NCBI GenBank assembly: GCA_964400545.1
Contig: CAYNUG010000004.1
Coordinates: forward strand, 1-50,631
DNA length: 50,631 nucleotides
Reading direction: 5' to 3'
From: an uncultured Clostridia bacterium
Lineage (GTDB): Bacteria > Acidobacteriota > Aminicenantia > UBA2199
Shown here: piece after piece, positions 1 through 11,578 of the stretch
How positions within the stretch are numbered: position 1 is the stretch's first letter
Layout of the letters: every line of letters starts with the position of its first letter
Position numbers and translations under genes: made by a program
Notes under the pieces: model-generated
The model's database searches: none
What the model saw: only the letters and a program-made list of their open reading frames with translations
Told to the model about the DNA's origin: nothing

Positions 1-32
1 CATCCGGATAACATGAGACAGAGCCTTTTCAA
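1..32 (-). CDS. Possible 5' end of a gene running off the window (TTG start, MKRLCLMLSG...)
   Basis: GGAG at 37-40 (minus) followed by TTG at 32 and a basic/hydrophobic signal-like start; only 10 codons visible. Confidence 0.25.
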   Translation of the reverse strand, partial: MKRLCLMLSG

Positions 33-87
33 TTATCTCCGTTTGATCTTTCCTCATTTAACAGGCTTTAAAGATATGACCCGAAAG

Positions 88-1158
88 TTATTTACTTCTA
101 ATTGAGTCAACTATATTTTTCTCTATTCCATAGATAATGGTCATGACACCATATTCCGGATCAAACAATATGGACATCTTGAGTTCGCTAAAATAATCTT
201 TGATATTCTTCCTCAGAACAGGCATTGCCTTCTTTTTCGTATTATAATGATCCCACACATCCCAGATAATAATTCCAACGGCAATAAGAGTCCCGACAAA
301 TTTCCCACCCGCTCTCAGAGCCACTTTCCCTCCGGTTTTCGCAGCCATCGCTGCAGCAGCTTTAGTAGACAATTTTGCCGATATTTTTGATCCTATTTTT
401 GTAAATACAGGTTTTAAAGATCTGAATAACACAAGAGCTCCGCCTGCTCCGGCCCCGACAAGGGTTTTGAGTGTAAGAGATATTCTCCTGTCTCCCGAGA
501 CATTACTTGTAATAACCGCAATATCTCTTAGAAATCTTTCCCAATCAACACTTCTGATTTTATATTTTCCCGGGATGCTCTCCAGTTTAGAAGACAAAAA
601 TGTAGAATAATCATTCATGATCTCATTTATCATCCGCTCCAGTTCCAATTGAGCTATTTTCGGGCGAAGAACCCTGTTTGAGAATTCCTGCTGAACATCT
701 TCGGTAATCTTTTCAACAGCAGAAGGGCTGTCACTGTCAACCCAGTGCCAGATCTGAGCAAGCAGACCTTTGATTCCCATACTCTGCTGGGTCCAGTACC
801 CGAAGTACCATTCAAGAAAATCCGAATCCACCCTTGACATCAAACCCTCAGTCCATTTACTAAGCTTTTCCTCTGCGAGTTTTTCAGATCTTTTTCGGCT
901 TTCCTTCAGTATCTCACGAACATCGTTGTTAACGCCATTCCAGTCTATATCAAGTATGATCGGTTTTTCCAGAGGTGGAGGAGGAGCATTACCTTTAGAT
1001 GATTTGAACAACAATATCTTCCCCAGTCCTGCGATCAGTATCAGGACAACAAGTATCCACAAGACCCTGGAAACAGACCTTAAGAGATTACTCCAGGCAA
1101 ATAAACGATCCGATCTTTTCTCATAACGATCTTCAAGATGTTTACGGTCTTTGTCCAT
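88..1158 (-). CDS. Hypothetical membrane-anchored protein, helical, with Gly/Ala-rich C-terminal hydrophobic segments
   Basis: 356-aa ORF, GGAG RBS, N-terminal TM (VLWILVVLILIAGLGKILLF); no family recognised. Confidence 0.75.
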   Translation of the reverse strand: MDKDRKHLEDRYEKRSDRLFAWSNLLRSVSRVLWILVVLILIAGLGKILLFKSSKGNAPPPPLEKPIILDIDWNGVNNDVREILKESRKRSEKLAEEKLSKWTEGLMSRVDSDFLEWYFGYWTQQSMGIKGLLAQIWHWVDSDSPSAVEKITEDVQQEFSNRVLRPKIAQLELERMINEIMNDYSTFLSSKLESIPGKYKIRSVDWERFLRDIAVITSNVSGDRRISLTLKTLVGAGAGGALVLFRSLKPVFTKIGSKISAKLSTKAAAAMAAKTGGKVALRAGGKFVGTLIAVGIIIWDVWDHYNTKKKAMPVLRKNIKDYFSELKMSILFDPEYGVMTIIYGIEKNIVDSIRSK

Positions 1159-1196
1159 TGCGCATCTCCTCCCTTTTCGGGACCTTCCTCTTCCCT

Positions 1197-1889
1197 CTAT
1201 TCTTTATCTTTGGTAATGTCAGTTTTCAATCTGATTATAAGAAGAGGACTTTTAAAAGCATTGGTTCTGATCCTTAGAAAAGTTGAAAACTGGCCTTTCT
1301 GTAACGGATAAAATGTTATTGTCAATTTTCCTGTTTCTCCGGATTTAATGACCTTTTTTGTGAACATTGTAGATACTTCGGGACTATGAGTTATCTCAAG
1401 AATCCTCAGATCAATGGTCCCGGTATTTTTTATTGTAACTTCTTTCGAAGGATTCTCATTAATTCCAATTTTCCCAAAATCGATCACTTCGTTATCGATC
1501 TCCGCTACTGAGAAATCTTTCAACTTCACCATTCCGGAAAGTGTTAAGCGAAGATACGGATTCTTTTTATCATTTGAAACAATTGTAATTATCTTTATTA
1601 CTCTCCCTCTATATCCTTTTGAAAAGAACTTCACCGGTATTGTTCCTTTTTCTCCCGGTTCATATTCTTTTTTATCCAATCTCGTATAGGTACAACCACA
1701 GGAAGTATTTACATTCTTTATTACAAGAGTTTTATCACCTGTATTTTCAAAAGTGAAGGTTAGATCAACGACCTTCCCGCTTCTGATTTCTCCAAAGTTT
1801 ATTTTTCTCTTATCAACGGTAAGTTCCGGATCTGCATAGACAAATCCTGATACAGCAAGGATCAAAATTAGTATAATTACTCTTTTCAT
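1197..1889 (-). CDS. DUF1573 domain-containing secreted protein (tandem Ig-like domains)
   Basis: Signal peptide; [19 protein letters not shown] motif, second Ig-like repeat ([13 protein letters not shown]); ATGA overlap with lpxD. Confidence 0.8.
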   Translation of the reverse strand: MKRVIILILILAVSGFVYADPELTVDKRKINFGEIRSGKVVDLTFTFENTGDKTLVIKNVNTSCGCTYTRLDKKEYEPGEKGTIPVKFFSKGYRGRVIKIITIVSNDKKNPYLRLTLSGMVKLKDFSVAEIDNEVIDFGKIGINENPSKEVTIKNTGTIDLRILEITHSPEVSTMFTKKVIKSGETGKLTITFYPLQKGQFSTFLRIRTNAFKSPLLIIRLKTDITKDKE

Positions 1890-2902
1890 TTTTCCTCCGT
1901 TTCTCCTGATTTTTTCTCAAGGACCTTTATTCTTTCAATATATTTTTCAATATTCCTAAGTATCACTTGACTCTTCTTCCATGACATTAGATCTTGGTGA
2001 GGTGCTCCTGCAACCACACTTTTTTCTTTAACATTTCCTGATACTCCCGATCTCGCTGCTATCATAACACCATCACCGATCCTGATATGATCTGCAAGTC
2101 CTACCTGTCCTGCCATGATAACATTTCTCCCGACCTCGGTTGAGCCCGAAATTCCGCTTTGAGCTGAGATCGAAGTACCCTCGCCAATTTTCACATTATG
2201 TCCTATCTGAACAAGATTGTCATTTTTGACAGAATCAGATATCTGGGTCGTTTCAAGTGTGGATCGGTCGACACAAGTATTGGCACCAATCTCACAATTA
2301 TCCCCTATCACAACATTGCCACGTTGCGGAATTTTCAACGGTTTCCCGCTTTTATCTCTGGCAAATCCAAATCCATCAGATCCTATGACCGCACCAGGTT
2401 GAATGACAACATCATTACCGATCACAACACCCTCCCTGATAACAACATTCGAATATACAAGAGCATTCTCACCTATTCGGACATTATCATATATTTTCAC
2501 CCCGGAATGAATCTCACAATTTTTCCCGATCTCAACATTTTCTCCCACATAGGAGAATTCACCCAGAGATGTTTTCATACCTATTCTGGCAGACTCGGCA
2601 ATACTTACAAATTTTCCATAGCCATGGCTGAAACGACCGAGGGGACGGAAGTGTGAAATAAGTATTGACAGTGCAATAAAAGGATCTTCCACATATATCA
2701 GATTTTTATATTTTATATTACTCGACTCTTTTACAACAAGGGCACCCGCACCGATCACTTCCGGATCAATTCCCTGTTTCGCAGCAATTGCGATCTCATC
2801 AGGTCCCGCATAATCAACAGAACTAACCCCATTTATAATAAATCCGGAATCCCCATCAAGTCTTCCGTTTATAAGTTTACTTAGTTCTTTTAGATCGCTC
2901 AT
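1886..2902 (-). CDS. lpxD: UDP-3-O-(3-hydroxymyristoyl)glucosamine N-acyltransferase
   Basis: Hexapeptide repeats, [34 protein letters not shown] motifs; start taken at ATG 2902 (track gives TTG 2917). Confidence 0.95.
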   Translation of the reverse strand: MSDLKELSKLINGRLDGDSGFIINGVSSVDYAGPDEIAIAAKQGIDPEVIGAGALVVKESSNIKYKNLIYVEDPFIALSILISHFRPLGRFSHGYGKFVSIAESARIGMKTSLGEFSYVGENVEIGKNCEIHSGVKIYDNVRIGENALVYSNVVIREGVVIGNDVVIQPGAVIGSDGFGFARDKSGKPLKIPQRGNVVIGDNCEIGANTCVDRSTLETTQISDSVKNDNLVQIGHNVKIGEGTSISAQSGISGSTEVGRNVIMAGQVGLADHIRIGDGVMIAARSGVSGNVKEKSVVAGAPHQDLMSWKKSQVILRNIEKYIERIKVLEKKSGETEEK

Positions 2903-3770
2903 TCCTTTCTCTGTCAAAGATCGAGGTTAATTTTGCTCCGAAGAGCATTACACCCATTGAAAATTCCATCCAGAAACCGAATAAAATTATTGCGATTATA
3001 GGACCTCCGAATTTGCCCACTATCGACACCTTAACGAGATAATAAGTATACACTCTCTTAGTGAATTCCCAGATCAAAGCCGATATCAACGCAGAAATAA
3101 ATGCCCCTTTGATACACACTTTCTTCTCAGGTATCCATTTAAAAAGGAAGAAAAATATAAGAAATGTTATTGTAAAGGGTGCAATAAATTTAACTCCGAA
3201 TCTGTTCAAAGCTTCTATCGAATCCGGATTTATATGTTTTGCAAGAATAGTGCTCTTAAAAAGCGATGTTACTGTGGTAATGAATCCTGTTATAATAAAA
3301 GAAACGACCGCAAGAAGACCCACAATGAACAATAGGGCGATCTCACTTACTCTCCGCACCCAGAATGCCCTGTTCCTGTTCTCAACAGAAAGGTTTATGT
3401 GAAACATTTCATTAACATATTGGACAACTTTTTTAAAGATAAGTACAGCAAGGAAAAATGAGAAAAGGACACCTACAATACCGATATTTTTTAAATTTGA
3501 AGATATCTCATTTGCCTTGGCAAGAAAATCGGGAGAGATCGAATTGAAAAATTCAGGCGAGAACGGGTAGACCCCTTTTATTGAGATATCTTTACTACCG
3601 ATGACCTTAGTAAAAATAAAAGAAAAAAAAGTGAGAAGAAACAAGGTCGATATGATCGAATAATAAGCAAGAACGCTGGCTTTATCGAAGACATTCTCTT
3701 TTAATAATTCTGTGAATGCAGTACGAAGCCCTTTGGTTACACTCAACTCTCTGAATGAAATTTTTCTCAT
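2877..3770 (-). CDS. YihY/virulence factor BrkB family inner membrane protein
   Basis: [50 protein letters not shown] pattern, about 6 TMs. Confidence 0.85.
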   Translation of the reverse strand: MRKISFRELSVTKGLRTAFTELLKENVFDKASVLAYYSIISTLFLLTFFSFIFTKVIGSKDISIKGVYPFSPEFFNSISPDFLAKANEISSNLKNIGIVGVLFSFFLAVLIFKKVVQYVNEMFHINLSVENRNRAFWVRRVSEIALLFIVGLLAVVSFIITGFITTVTSLFKSTILAKHINPDSIEALNRFGVKFIAPFTITFLIFFFLFKWIPEKKVCIKGAFISALISALIWEFTKRVYTYYLVKVSIVGKFGGPIIAIILFGFWMEFSMGVMLFGAKLTSIFDRERNERSKRTK

Positions 3771-3780
3771 GATAAAGAAA

Positions 3781-3801
3781 TGGGAGGGCAGAACCCTCCC
3801 A
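3781..3801 (-). terminator. Intrinsic terminator of the atp F0 operon
   Basis: TGGGAGGG-cagaa-CCCTCCCA hairpin followed on the minus strand by TTTCTTT, just after the atpE stop. Confidence 0.7.
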
Positions 3802-3824
3802 TTAATGTTATTCGATATTACCTT

Positions 3825-4169
3825 CTAAAAAGTGTACTTACCCCACTTTACAAAGAAAATAATAAGGTCAATGAGAAGTACATATATGACCAGTGATTCA
3901 ATTAGAACCAGGCCCAGAATAAGTACTCCTCTGATCGAATCGGTTGCAGCCGGATTTCTTCCGATATTCTCGACTGCAGCACTCAGTGCTTTTGATTGAG
4001 CAAAAACACCACCAATAGCGGCAAGTGTCAAACCAATGACGCCGGCGATGATCGACCACAGAAAAAGCGGGGTAGCATCTGCTACATTATTTGCCACTCC
4101 CTCTTCTGCTGATACAGTTACTGACAATACCAGCACGATAAAAATTATTAACATTAATTTTTTTGCCAT
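3825..4169 (-). CDS. atpE: F0F1 ATP synthase subunit c with N-terminal signal-peptide-like extension
   Basis: Q..AVENIGRNP loop, GLVLIESLVIY; AAGGAG RBS upstream of ATG 4169. Confidence 0.93.
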   Translation of the reverse strand: MAKKLMLIIFIVLVLSVTVSAEEGVANNVADATPLFLWSIIAGVIGLTLAAIGGVFAQSKALSAAVENIGRNPAATDSIRGVLILGLVLIESLVIYVLLIDLIIFFVKWGKYTF

Positions 4170-4188
4170 TTTATATATCTCCTTATGA

Positions 4189-4908
4189 TTAATGTTCAGA
4201 TTCCATAGCCCCTGCAAGATATATAGTTGTCAGCATAACAAATATATATGCCTGAAGGAGTGAAGTTATCAAAGCAAGCCCCATGATCGGAAGGGGCGCA
4301 ATAAATGGTACCAGTGAGGCAATGATAATAATTACCATATCCTCCCCGAAAATATTTCCGTAAAGTCTTATTGAAAGTGATAGTGGCCTTGCGAAATGAG
4401 ATATTATCTCTATCGGGATAAAAAGGATCGCAAGCCACCAGATCGGTCCGGTAAATGTTTTTAGGTAACCGAAAAATCCGTGTTTTCTGATGCCCTGAAA
4501 ATGGTAATAAACAAAAACAAAAAAAGCACAGCCTACCGTAACATTCAGATTGGCAGTCGGTGAACCCAACTCCGGTAAAAGTCCCATGAGATTTGAAACT
4601 GCAATAAAAATCCCCAGGGTAGATATGACCGGAATAAATTTTCTTCCCTCAACACCAATCGTGTCATCAATCATCCCTCTGAATCCTGTATACAGCATCT
4701 CCAGCATATTTTGCATTTTCCCCGGAAAGAGAGAGAGATTTTTTACAGTGAGTTTGAAAAAAACAATTATTATCAATGTCGCAATAAGGGCCATTAAAAT
4801 ATGGGACTGGATGATTTCCGTTCCCTGATCTGTATGCATTCCGAACAGACCGAGGATCTTTCTCAGTATTCCATTCACAAATTCAACGATCACCAACTTA
4901 TGTTCCAT
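4189..4908 (-). CDS. atpB: F0F1 ATP synthase subunit a
   Basis: SNLMGLLP, SPTANLN, EIISHFARPLSLSIRLYGNIFGE, LLQAYIFVMLTTIYL. Confidence 0.96.
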   Translation of the reverse strand: MEHKLVIVEFVNGILRKILGLFGMHTDQGTEIIQSHILMALIATLIIIVFFKLTVKNLSLFPGKMQNMLEMLYTGFRGMIDDTIGVEGRKFIPVISTLGIFIAVSNLMGLLPELGSPTANLNVTVGCAFFVFVYYHFQGIRKHGFFGYLKTFTGPIWWLAILFIPIEIISHFARPLSLSIRLYGNIFGEDMVIIIIASLVPFIAPLPIMGLALITSLLQAYIFVMLTTIYLAGAMESEH

Positions 4909-5284
4909 TTCTAAAGCTCCTGAATACCTGCCTGACCGCCTCTCCTGTGATCGACAATATGATCACAGAAAGTCCAAACAGATAAAATATCACTGCCGGT
5001 TCCGGATAGCCTGCCACAATAACAAAGATAACAGAGATCAAGATCATTTTACCAAGACCGGACAGAAGAAATATCCATTTCCCCGACCTTTTGAAAATAA
5101 TCCTGTCAACCACACGGATCATCAAATAGAGACCGAGAAAACTAATACTACTTCCAACAAAAAATATTATACAATAAAGGGCACTCTTTGTAAAAAAAAA
5201 TATTGCTGCAATTAGCACTAAAGTTATAAATAATGCTCTTTGGAATACCCGTTTTAACATCCTCTCACTACTTTCTTTTTTCAT
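4898..5284 (-). CDS. atpI: ATP synthase protein I (AtpI/UncI-like)
   Basis: 128-aa 4-TM protein immediately upstream of and overlapping atpB. Confidence 0.7.
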   Translation of the reverse strand: MKKESSERMLKRVFQRALFITLVLIAAIFFFTKSALYCIIFFVGSSISFLGLYLMIRVVDRIIFKRSGKWIFLLSGLGKMILISVIFVIVAGYPEPAVIFYLFGLSVIILSITGEAVRQVFRSFRNGT

Positions 5285-5534
5285 ATTTGTTAATTACTTT
5301 GAAAAAATTATAAAACCCTGCAGCAATTCCATAAAGGGTTAAAATAATTGTCAGTACAGGAGAAGTCCCCAACACATCATCCAGAAAAACACCAAGAAAA
5401 AGACCTGTAGCTATAGATACCGGAAACATTAGACCCAGAGTTGAATAAGCTGCTAATTTTTTTTTCTGTTCTGCAGAGTCAGAACCTGTTTCCGGTCTGA
5501 TACCCCTGTTTCTCAATAATTTCATAACAGGCAA
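5268..5534 (-). CDS. atpZ: AtpZ/AtpI family protein (ATPase gene 1)
   Basis: STLGLMFPVSIATGLFLGVFLDDVLGTSP..GIAAGFYNF motif; start uncertain. Confidence 0.85.
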   Translation of the reverse strand: MPVMKLLRNRGIRPETGSDSAEQKKKLAAYSTLGLMFPVSIATGLFLGVFLDDVLGTSPVLTIILTLYGIAAGFYNFFKVINKYEKRK

Positions 5535-5561
5535 AGATTTCCAGGATAAAGTTGATGTGGA

Positions 5562-5918
5562 CTAATAATCGTCCTCATCACCATTTTCTTTGATATTATA
5601 TCCATCAAAATTTTCAGAAGAATTTTCATCACCAAATTCATTTTCACCAGTAAAATATTCAATAGACCCGAACTCTTCTTCTCCGAAATCTTCTTTCCTT
5701 TCCTCGATTGAAGAAAAGAACTCATCTTCATCATCAAAATGTCTGATATAACTCGATTCCATTTCGCTATAGTAAAGTTCAATATAATCTTCGTCAAACT
5801 GGCAAAAAACCGACATATGCTCATTTGTATCTATGTCACCAATAACTTCATAAGTTTTCGAAGCAGCATTTCTTATCGCATCGAGAACTTTCCAGGAAAT
5901 GATCTCGAGTTCTTCCAT
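5562..5918 (-). CDS. Highly acidic hypothetical protein
   Basis: ORF with AAGGAG RBS 6 nt upstream of ATG 5918; D/E-rich throughout. Confidence 0.7.
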   Translation of the reverse strand: MEELEIISWKVLDAIRNAASKTYEVIGDIDTNEHMSVFCQFDEDYIELYYSEMESSYIRHFDDEDEFFSSIEERKEDFGEEEFGSIEYFTGENEFGDENSSENFDGYNIKENGDEDDY

Positions 5919-6041
5919 AAACAACTCCTTAGTTACTTTTTAAAAATTACATTATATTTAAAAGTATATTTCCCATTTGTCAAGCATTTTTTGATAAAAT
6001 ATCAGAATAAACAGAAAAGTCAGTCAACTTCTCCTTGAAAT

Positions 6042-6060
6042 ACCGGGAACAGGTTCCCGG

Positions 6061-6061
<1 letters not shown>
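6042..6061 (-). terminator. Probable terminator hairpin after eno
   Basis: ACCGGGAA-cagg-TTCCCGGT directly at the eno stop; weak U-tract. Confidence 0.55.
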
Positions 6062-7695
<1,634 letters not shown>

Positions 7696-7703
<8 letters not shown>

Positions 7704-8070
7704 TCTTTCCTCCTTTCCTTTTTTTCATAAATCTCCATCCAAGCTTAAGTGCAGGGAAAAAAGCAAGTAATCCTGCAGAATGCTTCACGAAGTTCTTATT
7801 CAGAAACTTAAGTGAATGTGATACAGACCCGACCGATTCCCTGGTTGAATCAATAATTGAATTGATCTTAAGAAGGTCATCATCAACTTTCTCACTTACA
7901 TCCTGAAGCTTTCTCGTAAGTTCCCTTGCCTCTGAAGAAGTTTTCTCCAGATCAGTAAGAAGCGACTTCAACTGATTCAATGCAGGAACCAGGCTTATCA
8001 CTATCATCAGAAATCCAACTGAAAATATCAGCGCAACTATAAATATGATCACTATTGTTACAGAGTCCAT
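7696..8070 (-). CDS. DUF948 (YtxG/YoxC-like) membrane-anchored coiled-coil protein
   Basis: N-terminal TM then LNQLKSLLTDLEKT coiled coil; canonical pairing upstream of YtxH. Confidence 0.75.
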
Positions 8071-8086
8071 TTTCTCCCTTATTAAA

Positions 8087-8115
8087 ATAGTATAATAACA
8101 CTGTCTTTATGTCAA
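8087..8115 (-). promoter_or_regulatory. Sigma70-type promoter for the DUF948-ytxH(-eno) operon
   Basis: TTGACA (8115-8110), 17 nt, TACTAT (8092-8087). Confidence 0.7.
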
Positions 8116-8130
8116 CAAAAAGGTAATATA

Positions 8131-9255
8131 TCAACCGTTTAAATACAATCTGATCAACTCTTCGGCACCGTCTGTCGGAAGCATATCTCCATTAATGATC
8201 TTTTTTCTTATCTCCCCCAATCTTTCCCTGATGATCTTATTGGAATAAAAACTGTCTTTCAAAAAATCTTCGATCAGTGAAATTGTCCAGCTGAATGCCT
8301 GATCTCTTCTTCTGTTTTCAAAAATCCCGCTCTTTTCGGTTTGATCCCTGAATTCCTCAACGATCTCAACTATCTTCCTGATCCCTTTACTTTGTGCTGC
8401 AGATGCAGTTACCACTTCCCTCACCCAACCTTCAGTGGAAGGGAGAAGATAGTGAACTGCTCTCGAATATTCACCCCTGGTCATTTCAGCCCTTTTTATA
8501 TTTCCGCCATCAGCTTTATTAATAACGATCAGGTCGGCAAGTTCCATTACACCCCTTTTTATTCCCTGAAGTTCATCGCCACTTCCGGGATTAAGGATCA
8601 GAACAAAAAAATCTACCATCGACCTGACAGTAATCTCACTCTGGCCTACGCCAACTGTTTCAATAAGGATCACATCGAACCCGGAAGCTTCACATAGCAT
8701 CATCGTTTCTCTGCTCTTTCTTGTAACGCCTCCGAGAGTCCCGCCAGAAGGAGAAGGCCTGATAAAACAATGCTCTTCTCTTGATAACCTCTCCATCCTG
8801 GTCTTGTCGCCGAGAATACTTCCGCCGGTCAAAGTGCTGCTGGGATCAACAGCGAGAATTGCGACCTTGTGTCCATCGGACAGAAGTTCAAGACCGATCT
8901 CCTCAATGATCGTACTTTTCCCCGCTCCCGGAGGACCTGTTATTCCCAACCTCAAAGATCTCCCCCGGGAAGGTTTTATCCTTTTTAATATTTCTCTTCC
9001 TTTCATATAGCGCGGGGCAGAATTACTCTCAACAAGAGTTATTGCTTTAGCCAAAAGAGTTTTATTGTTTTTCCGTATACCGTCTAAAAAATCATCAACC
9101 GAGGGTTCCCCTTTTCGCTCAGGTCTCCTGCCGAAGGGTTCTTTTCCTGTATTGTCAACACCATGCTTAACGACTGTCGCAAATATATCCTCATCACCAT
9201 TATCTGTCCATTCCGGAAAATGATCTTTCTTTTCCCCCACTTTTTTCCTGCCCAT
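8131..9255 (-). CDS. meaB: Methylmalonyl-CoA mutase-associated GTPase MeaB/ArgK
   Basis: GITGPPGAGKST, VAILAVDPSS..TGGSILGDKTRM, ETVGVGQSE, GDELQGIKRG, NKAD. Confidence 0.95.
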   Translation of the reverse strand: MGRKKVGEKKDHFPEWTDNGDEDIFATVVKHGVDNTGKEPFGRRPERKGEPSVDDFLDGIRKNNKTLLAKAITLVESNSAPRYMKGREILKRIKPSRGRSLRLGITGPPGAGKSTIIEEIGLELLSDGHKVAILAVDPSSTLTGGSILGDKTRMERLSREEHCFIRPSPSGGTLGGVTRKSRETMMLCEASGFDVILIETVGVGQSEITVRSMVDFFVLILNPGSGDELQGIKRGVMELADLIVINKADGGNIKRAEMTRGEYSRAVHYLLPSTEGWVREVVTASAAQSKGIRKIVEIVEEFRDQTEKSGIFENRRRDQAFSWTISLIEDFLKDSFYSNKIIRERLGEIRKKIINGDMLPTDGAEELIRLYLNG

Positions 9256-9262
9256 TTTTTAA

Positions 9263-9291
9263 ATTATATCCTACAGAGACCAAGGTCTCAA
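9263..9291 (-). promoter_or_regulatory. Sigma70-type promoter of meaB, leaderless geometry
   Basis: TTGAGA, 17 nt, TATAAT, 7 nt, ATG; no Shine-Dalgarno. Confidence 0.65.
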
Positions 9292-9299
9292 TACATACA

Positions 9300-10205
9300 C
9301 TATTCTCCCAGTAAATTCTTTTCTGTGATCAGATCAAATAGTTTATCTGTGATAAATTCATATCCTTTAGCATTCGGGTGACCATCGGAGATTAAATAAT
9401 CCCCGTAATTAACAGAATTTATCTCTTTATGAAACAAAAAATTATTGTCAATGAATGGCACTCGGTAAGTAATGGCGATATCCCGGATCACTTCGTTAAC
9501 TTTATAACCATGAAAATGGAAATATGTCATAAATACCAAATTGAAATTATGGACCTTGCTCAGTTCTACAAATTTGATAAGATTGTATTTCAGTTGTTTT
9601 CTATGAATATCCCTGTTTATATAGAAAGTCTTATATTTATCGTTCTTTACATCGTCTGCATATAAAAAATTATTGTTTGACCGTACTCCGGTTATTTTCC
9701 CGTAAATCAGTTTATATAATTTATGGACCCGTAATGAGAGAAAGAATATTCTCATTTTGACTTTAAAAAGAGAAAACCCTGTCTTCTTTTTTTTCTCAAA
9801 CTCCCAATAAACACTATTATTCAGGTTCCAATGATCATTATTCCCTGTCATTACAATTACAAGGTGTGGCTTGTATTTGTTCAGGTTTTTTTTCAGAACA
9901 TTGATCGCCGTTGTTGAATTCGAACCCGATATCCCGAGATTCAGGACTTTGATCTCCTTTGACTTGTCTTTAATCATAAACCTTTTTTTCAGCATGTTCG
10001 GATAGTTCCCATCCTGTGCACCCACGGTCCACGAATCGCCAATACAAAAAATTGTCCTGTCTGATCTGTCAGATCTCTTCGAAATATTTATACTTTCTAT
10101 TTTTAAAAGATGAACAAAACCGAGGAACCTGAGAAAAACCTCCAATAATACTAACGAAAGAATAATCAAACCTAAAACCTTAACGGTTTTCCAAACATAT
10201 CTCAT
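9300..10205 (-). CDS. SGNH/GDSL hydrolase family membrane-anchored protein
   Basis: Blocks CIGDSWT, NLGISG, GNND, DGHPN; N-terminal TM. Confidence 0.88.
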   Translation of the reverse strand: MRYVWKTVKVLGLIILSLVLLEVFLRFLGFVHLLKIESINISKRSDRSDRTIFCIGDSWTVGAQDGNYPNMLKKRFMIKDKSKEIKVLNLGISGSNSTTAINVLKKNLNKYKPHLVIVMTGNNDHWNLNNSVYWEFEKKKKTGFSLFKVKMRIFFLSLRVHKLYKLIYGKITGVRSNNNFLYADDVKNDKYKTFYINRDIHRKQLKYNLIKFVELSKVHNFNLVFMTYFHFHGYKVNEVIRDIAITYRVPFIDNNFLFHKEINSVNYGDYLISDGHPNAKGYEFITDKLFDLITEKNLLGE

Positions 10206-10211
10206 TAAAAT

Positions 10212-10240
10212 TTCCTATCACAGCAACAAATTATTGTCAA
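10212..10240 (-). promoter_or_regulatory. Possible promoter of the SGNH gene (leaderless geometry)
   Basis: TTGACA, 17 nt, TG-a-TAGGAA, 6 nt, ATG; -10 imperfect. Confidence 0.4.
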
Positions 10241-10280
10241 AGATTTTGTAAAATAGTAATTCATAAAAACCCTCCCCGTC

Positions 10281-10309
10281 TTGACAGTGGAAAGGGAAAC
10301 AATTAGAAT
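10281..10309 (+). promoter_or_regulatory. Sigma70-type promoter of tatA-methyltransferase-lepA
   Basis: TTGACA (10281-10286), 17 nt, TAGAAT (10304-10309). Confidence 0.75.
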
Positions 10310-10329
10310 TTAAAAGTCAAGGAGATAAA

Positions 10330-10527
10330 ATGTTTGGAAGTCTTGGTATTTGGGAAATTCTGTTAATTGTATTAATTGTGGCACTACTCTTCGGTGGGAA
10401 GAAACTTCCCGAATTGGGCAAAGGCCTTGGGGACGGGATAAAGAATTTCAGGAACTCACTGAAAAAAGACGCTGATGAAGATTCCGGGGAACAAGAAAAT
10501 AAATCGGATAATGAGAAGGGTAATTGA
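10330..10527 (+). CDS. tatA: Twin-arginine translocase subunit TatA/E
   Basis: [40 protein letters not shown]. Confidence 0.96.
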   Translation: MFGSLGIWEILLIVLIVALLFGGKKLPELGKGLGDGIKNFRNSLKKDADEDSGEQENKSDNEKGN

Positions 10528-11578
10528 GGAATCTGTCGAGAAAAGAAAAAAAGCACAATCAGAAATAGAAAAAGTATTAGTTGAGCTTGGAGAACTTCTC
10601 GGTAATTCAAAAGTTTTCAAAAAGAACAAAAACAGAATAAAAGAAAAACTTTCCGGATTCAGTAAAAAACTTCAGGAACTTATAACTCTACAGGATAAAG
10701 AATGGGATGACCTGTCCAACAACCATTACAATACAATTTTTAATTCTCTGCAATCACAGATCGACAATCTGGATGCGAAATATTCCAACATAAGAACCTT
10801 ACTAAAGAATTTCAGTGACCTGGAAGTATCATTAAATAATCTTGCTGAATCTGTAAAGGACGGATCGGGGAAAAGTGATACGGATAAAATAAAGAATACA
10901 AGCAACCGGATCTCTCCATTCCAGTACTCGGATTTCGAGAAAAGATTCAGAGGAAGTAAAGAAAAGATAAGTAATAACCTGAAAAAATACGTGCAGTATT
11001 TTAAAGATTCAAAAAATGTTCTGGATATAGGATGCGGAAGGGGAGAATTTATTTCATTGCTTAAAGATGAAGGGATCGATTCAGTTGGAATTGATATTTC
11101 CGATTCAATGCTCAGAGAGGCAAAGGAGAAAGGCCTGCAATGTCTGAATAAAGATGCACTCGAATATTTGAGAGCAATGAAAGATGATTCTCTCGGGGGA
11201 ATATTTGCCTCTCAGGTAATTGAACACTTCGAACCGGAATATCTGAAGGAGATCATAAGGGAATCCTTCAGAGTACTTCGCCCCGGTTCTCCAGTTATCC
11301 TTGAAACAATAAATCCGCTCTCCCTGTTCGCACTTGCCAACATATATTTTCTCGATATAACCCATCAAAAGCCACTACACCCCGAATTCATAAGATATAT
11401 GCTTGAAAGTGCAGGATTCTCAAAAGTAAATATACTATATTCAGATCCCCTCAAAGATCTATACCTGAATGAGATCCCGACAGAAGAGCAAATTGCACAA
11501 ATTTTTAATTCTAATGTCGATAAATTGAACAAACTACTATTCACTTCTCCCGATTATGCTGCATACGGAATAAAATGA
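10511..11578 (+). CDS. Class I SAM-dependent methyltransferase with N-terminal coiled coil (O-antigen chain-end methyltransferase-like)
   Basis: [35 protein letters not shown]; start taken at ATG 10511. Confidence 0.85.
   Translation: MRRVIEESVEKRKKAQSEIEKVLVELGELLGNSKVFKKNKNRIKEKLSGFSKKLQELITLQDKEWDDLSNNHYNTIFNSLQSQIDNLDAKYSNIRTLLKNFSDLEVSLNNLAESVKDGSGKSDTDKIKNTSNRISPFQYSDFEKRFRGSKEKISNNLKKYVQYFKDSKNVLDIGCGRGEFISLLKDEGIDSVGIDISDSMLREAKEKGLQCLNKDALEYLRAMKDDSLGGIFASQVIEHFEPEYLKEIIRESFRVLRPGSPVILETINPLSLFALANIYFLDITHQKPLHPEFIRYMLESAGFSKVNILYSDPLKDLYLNEIPTEEQIAQIFNSNVDKLNKLLFTSPDYAAYGIK

Noticed and set aside
8131-9255. meaB without an adjacent methylmalonyl-CoA mutase
   Set aside because: Separation from the mutase is common, and the gene has its own promoter.
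10317-10610. 97-aa antisense ORF over tatA, and the many other antisense or nested ORFs in the track
   Set aside because: They overlap well-supported genes on the opposite strand or frame and show no recognisable motifs.
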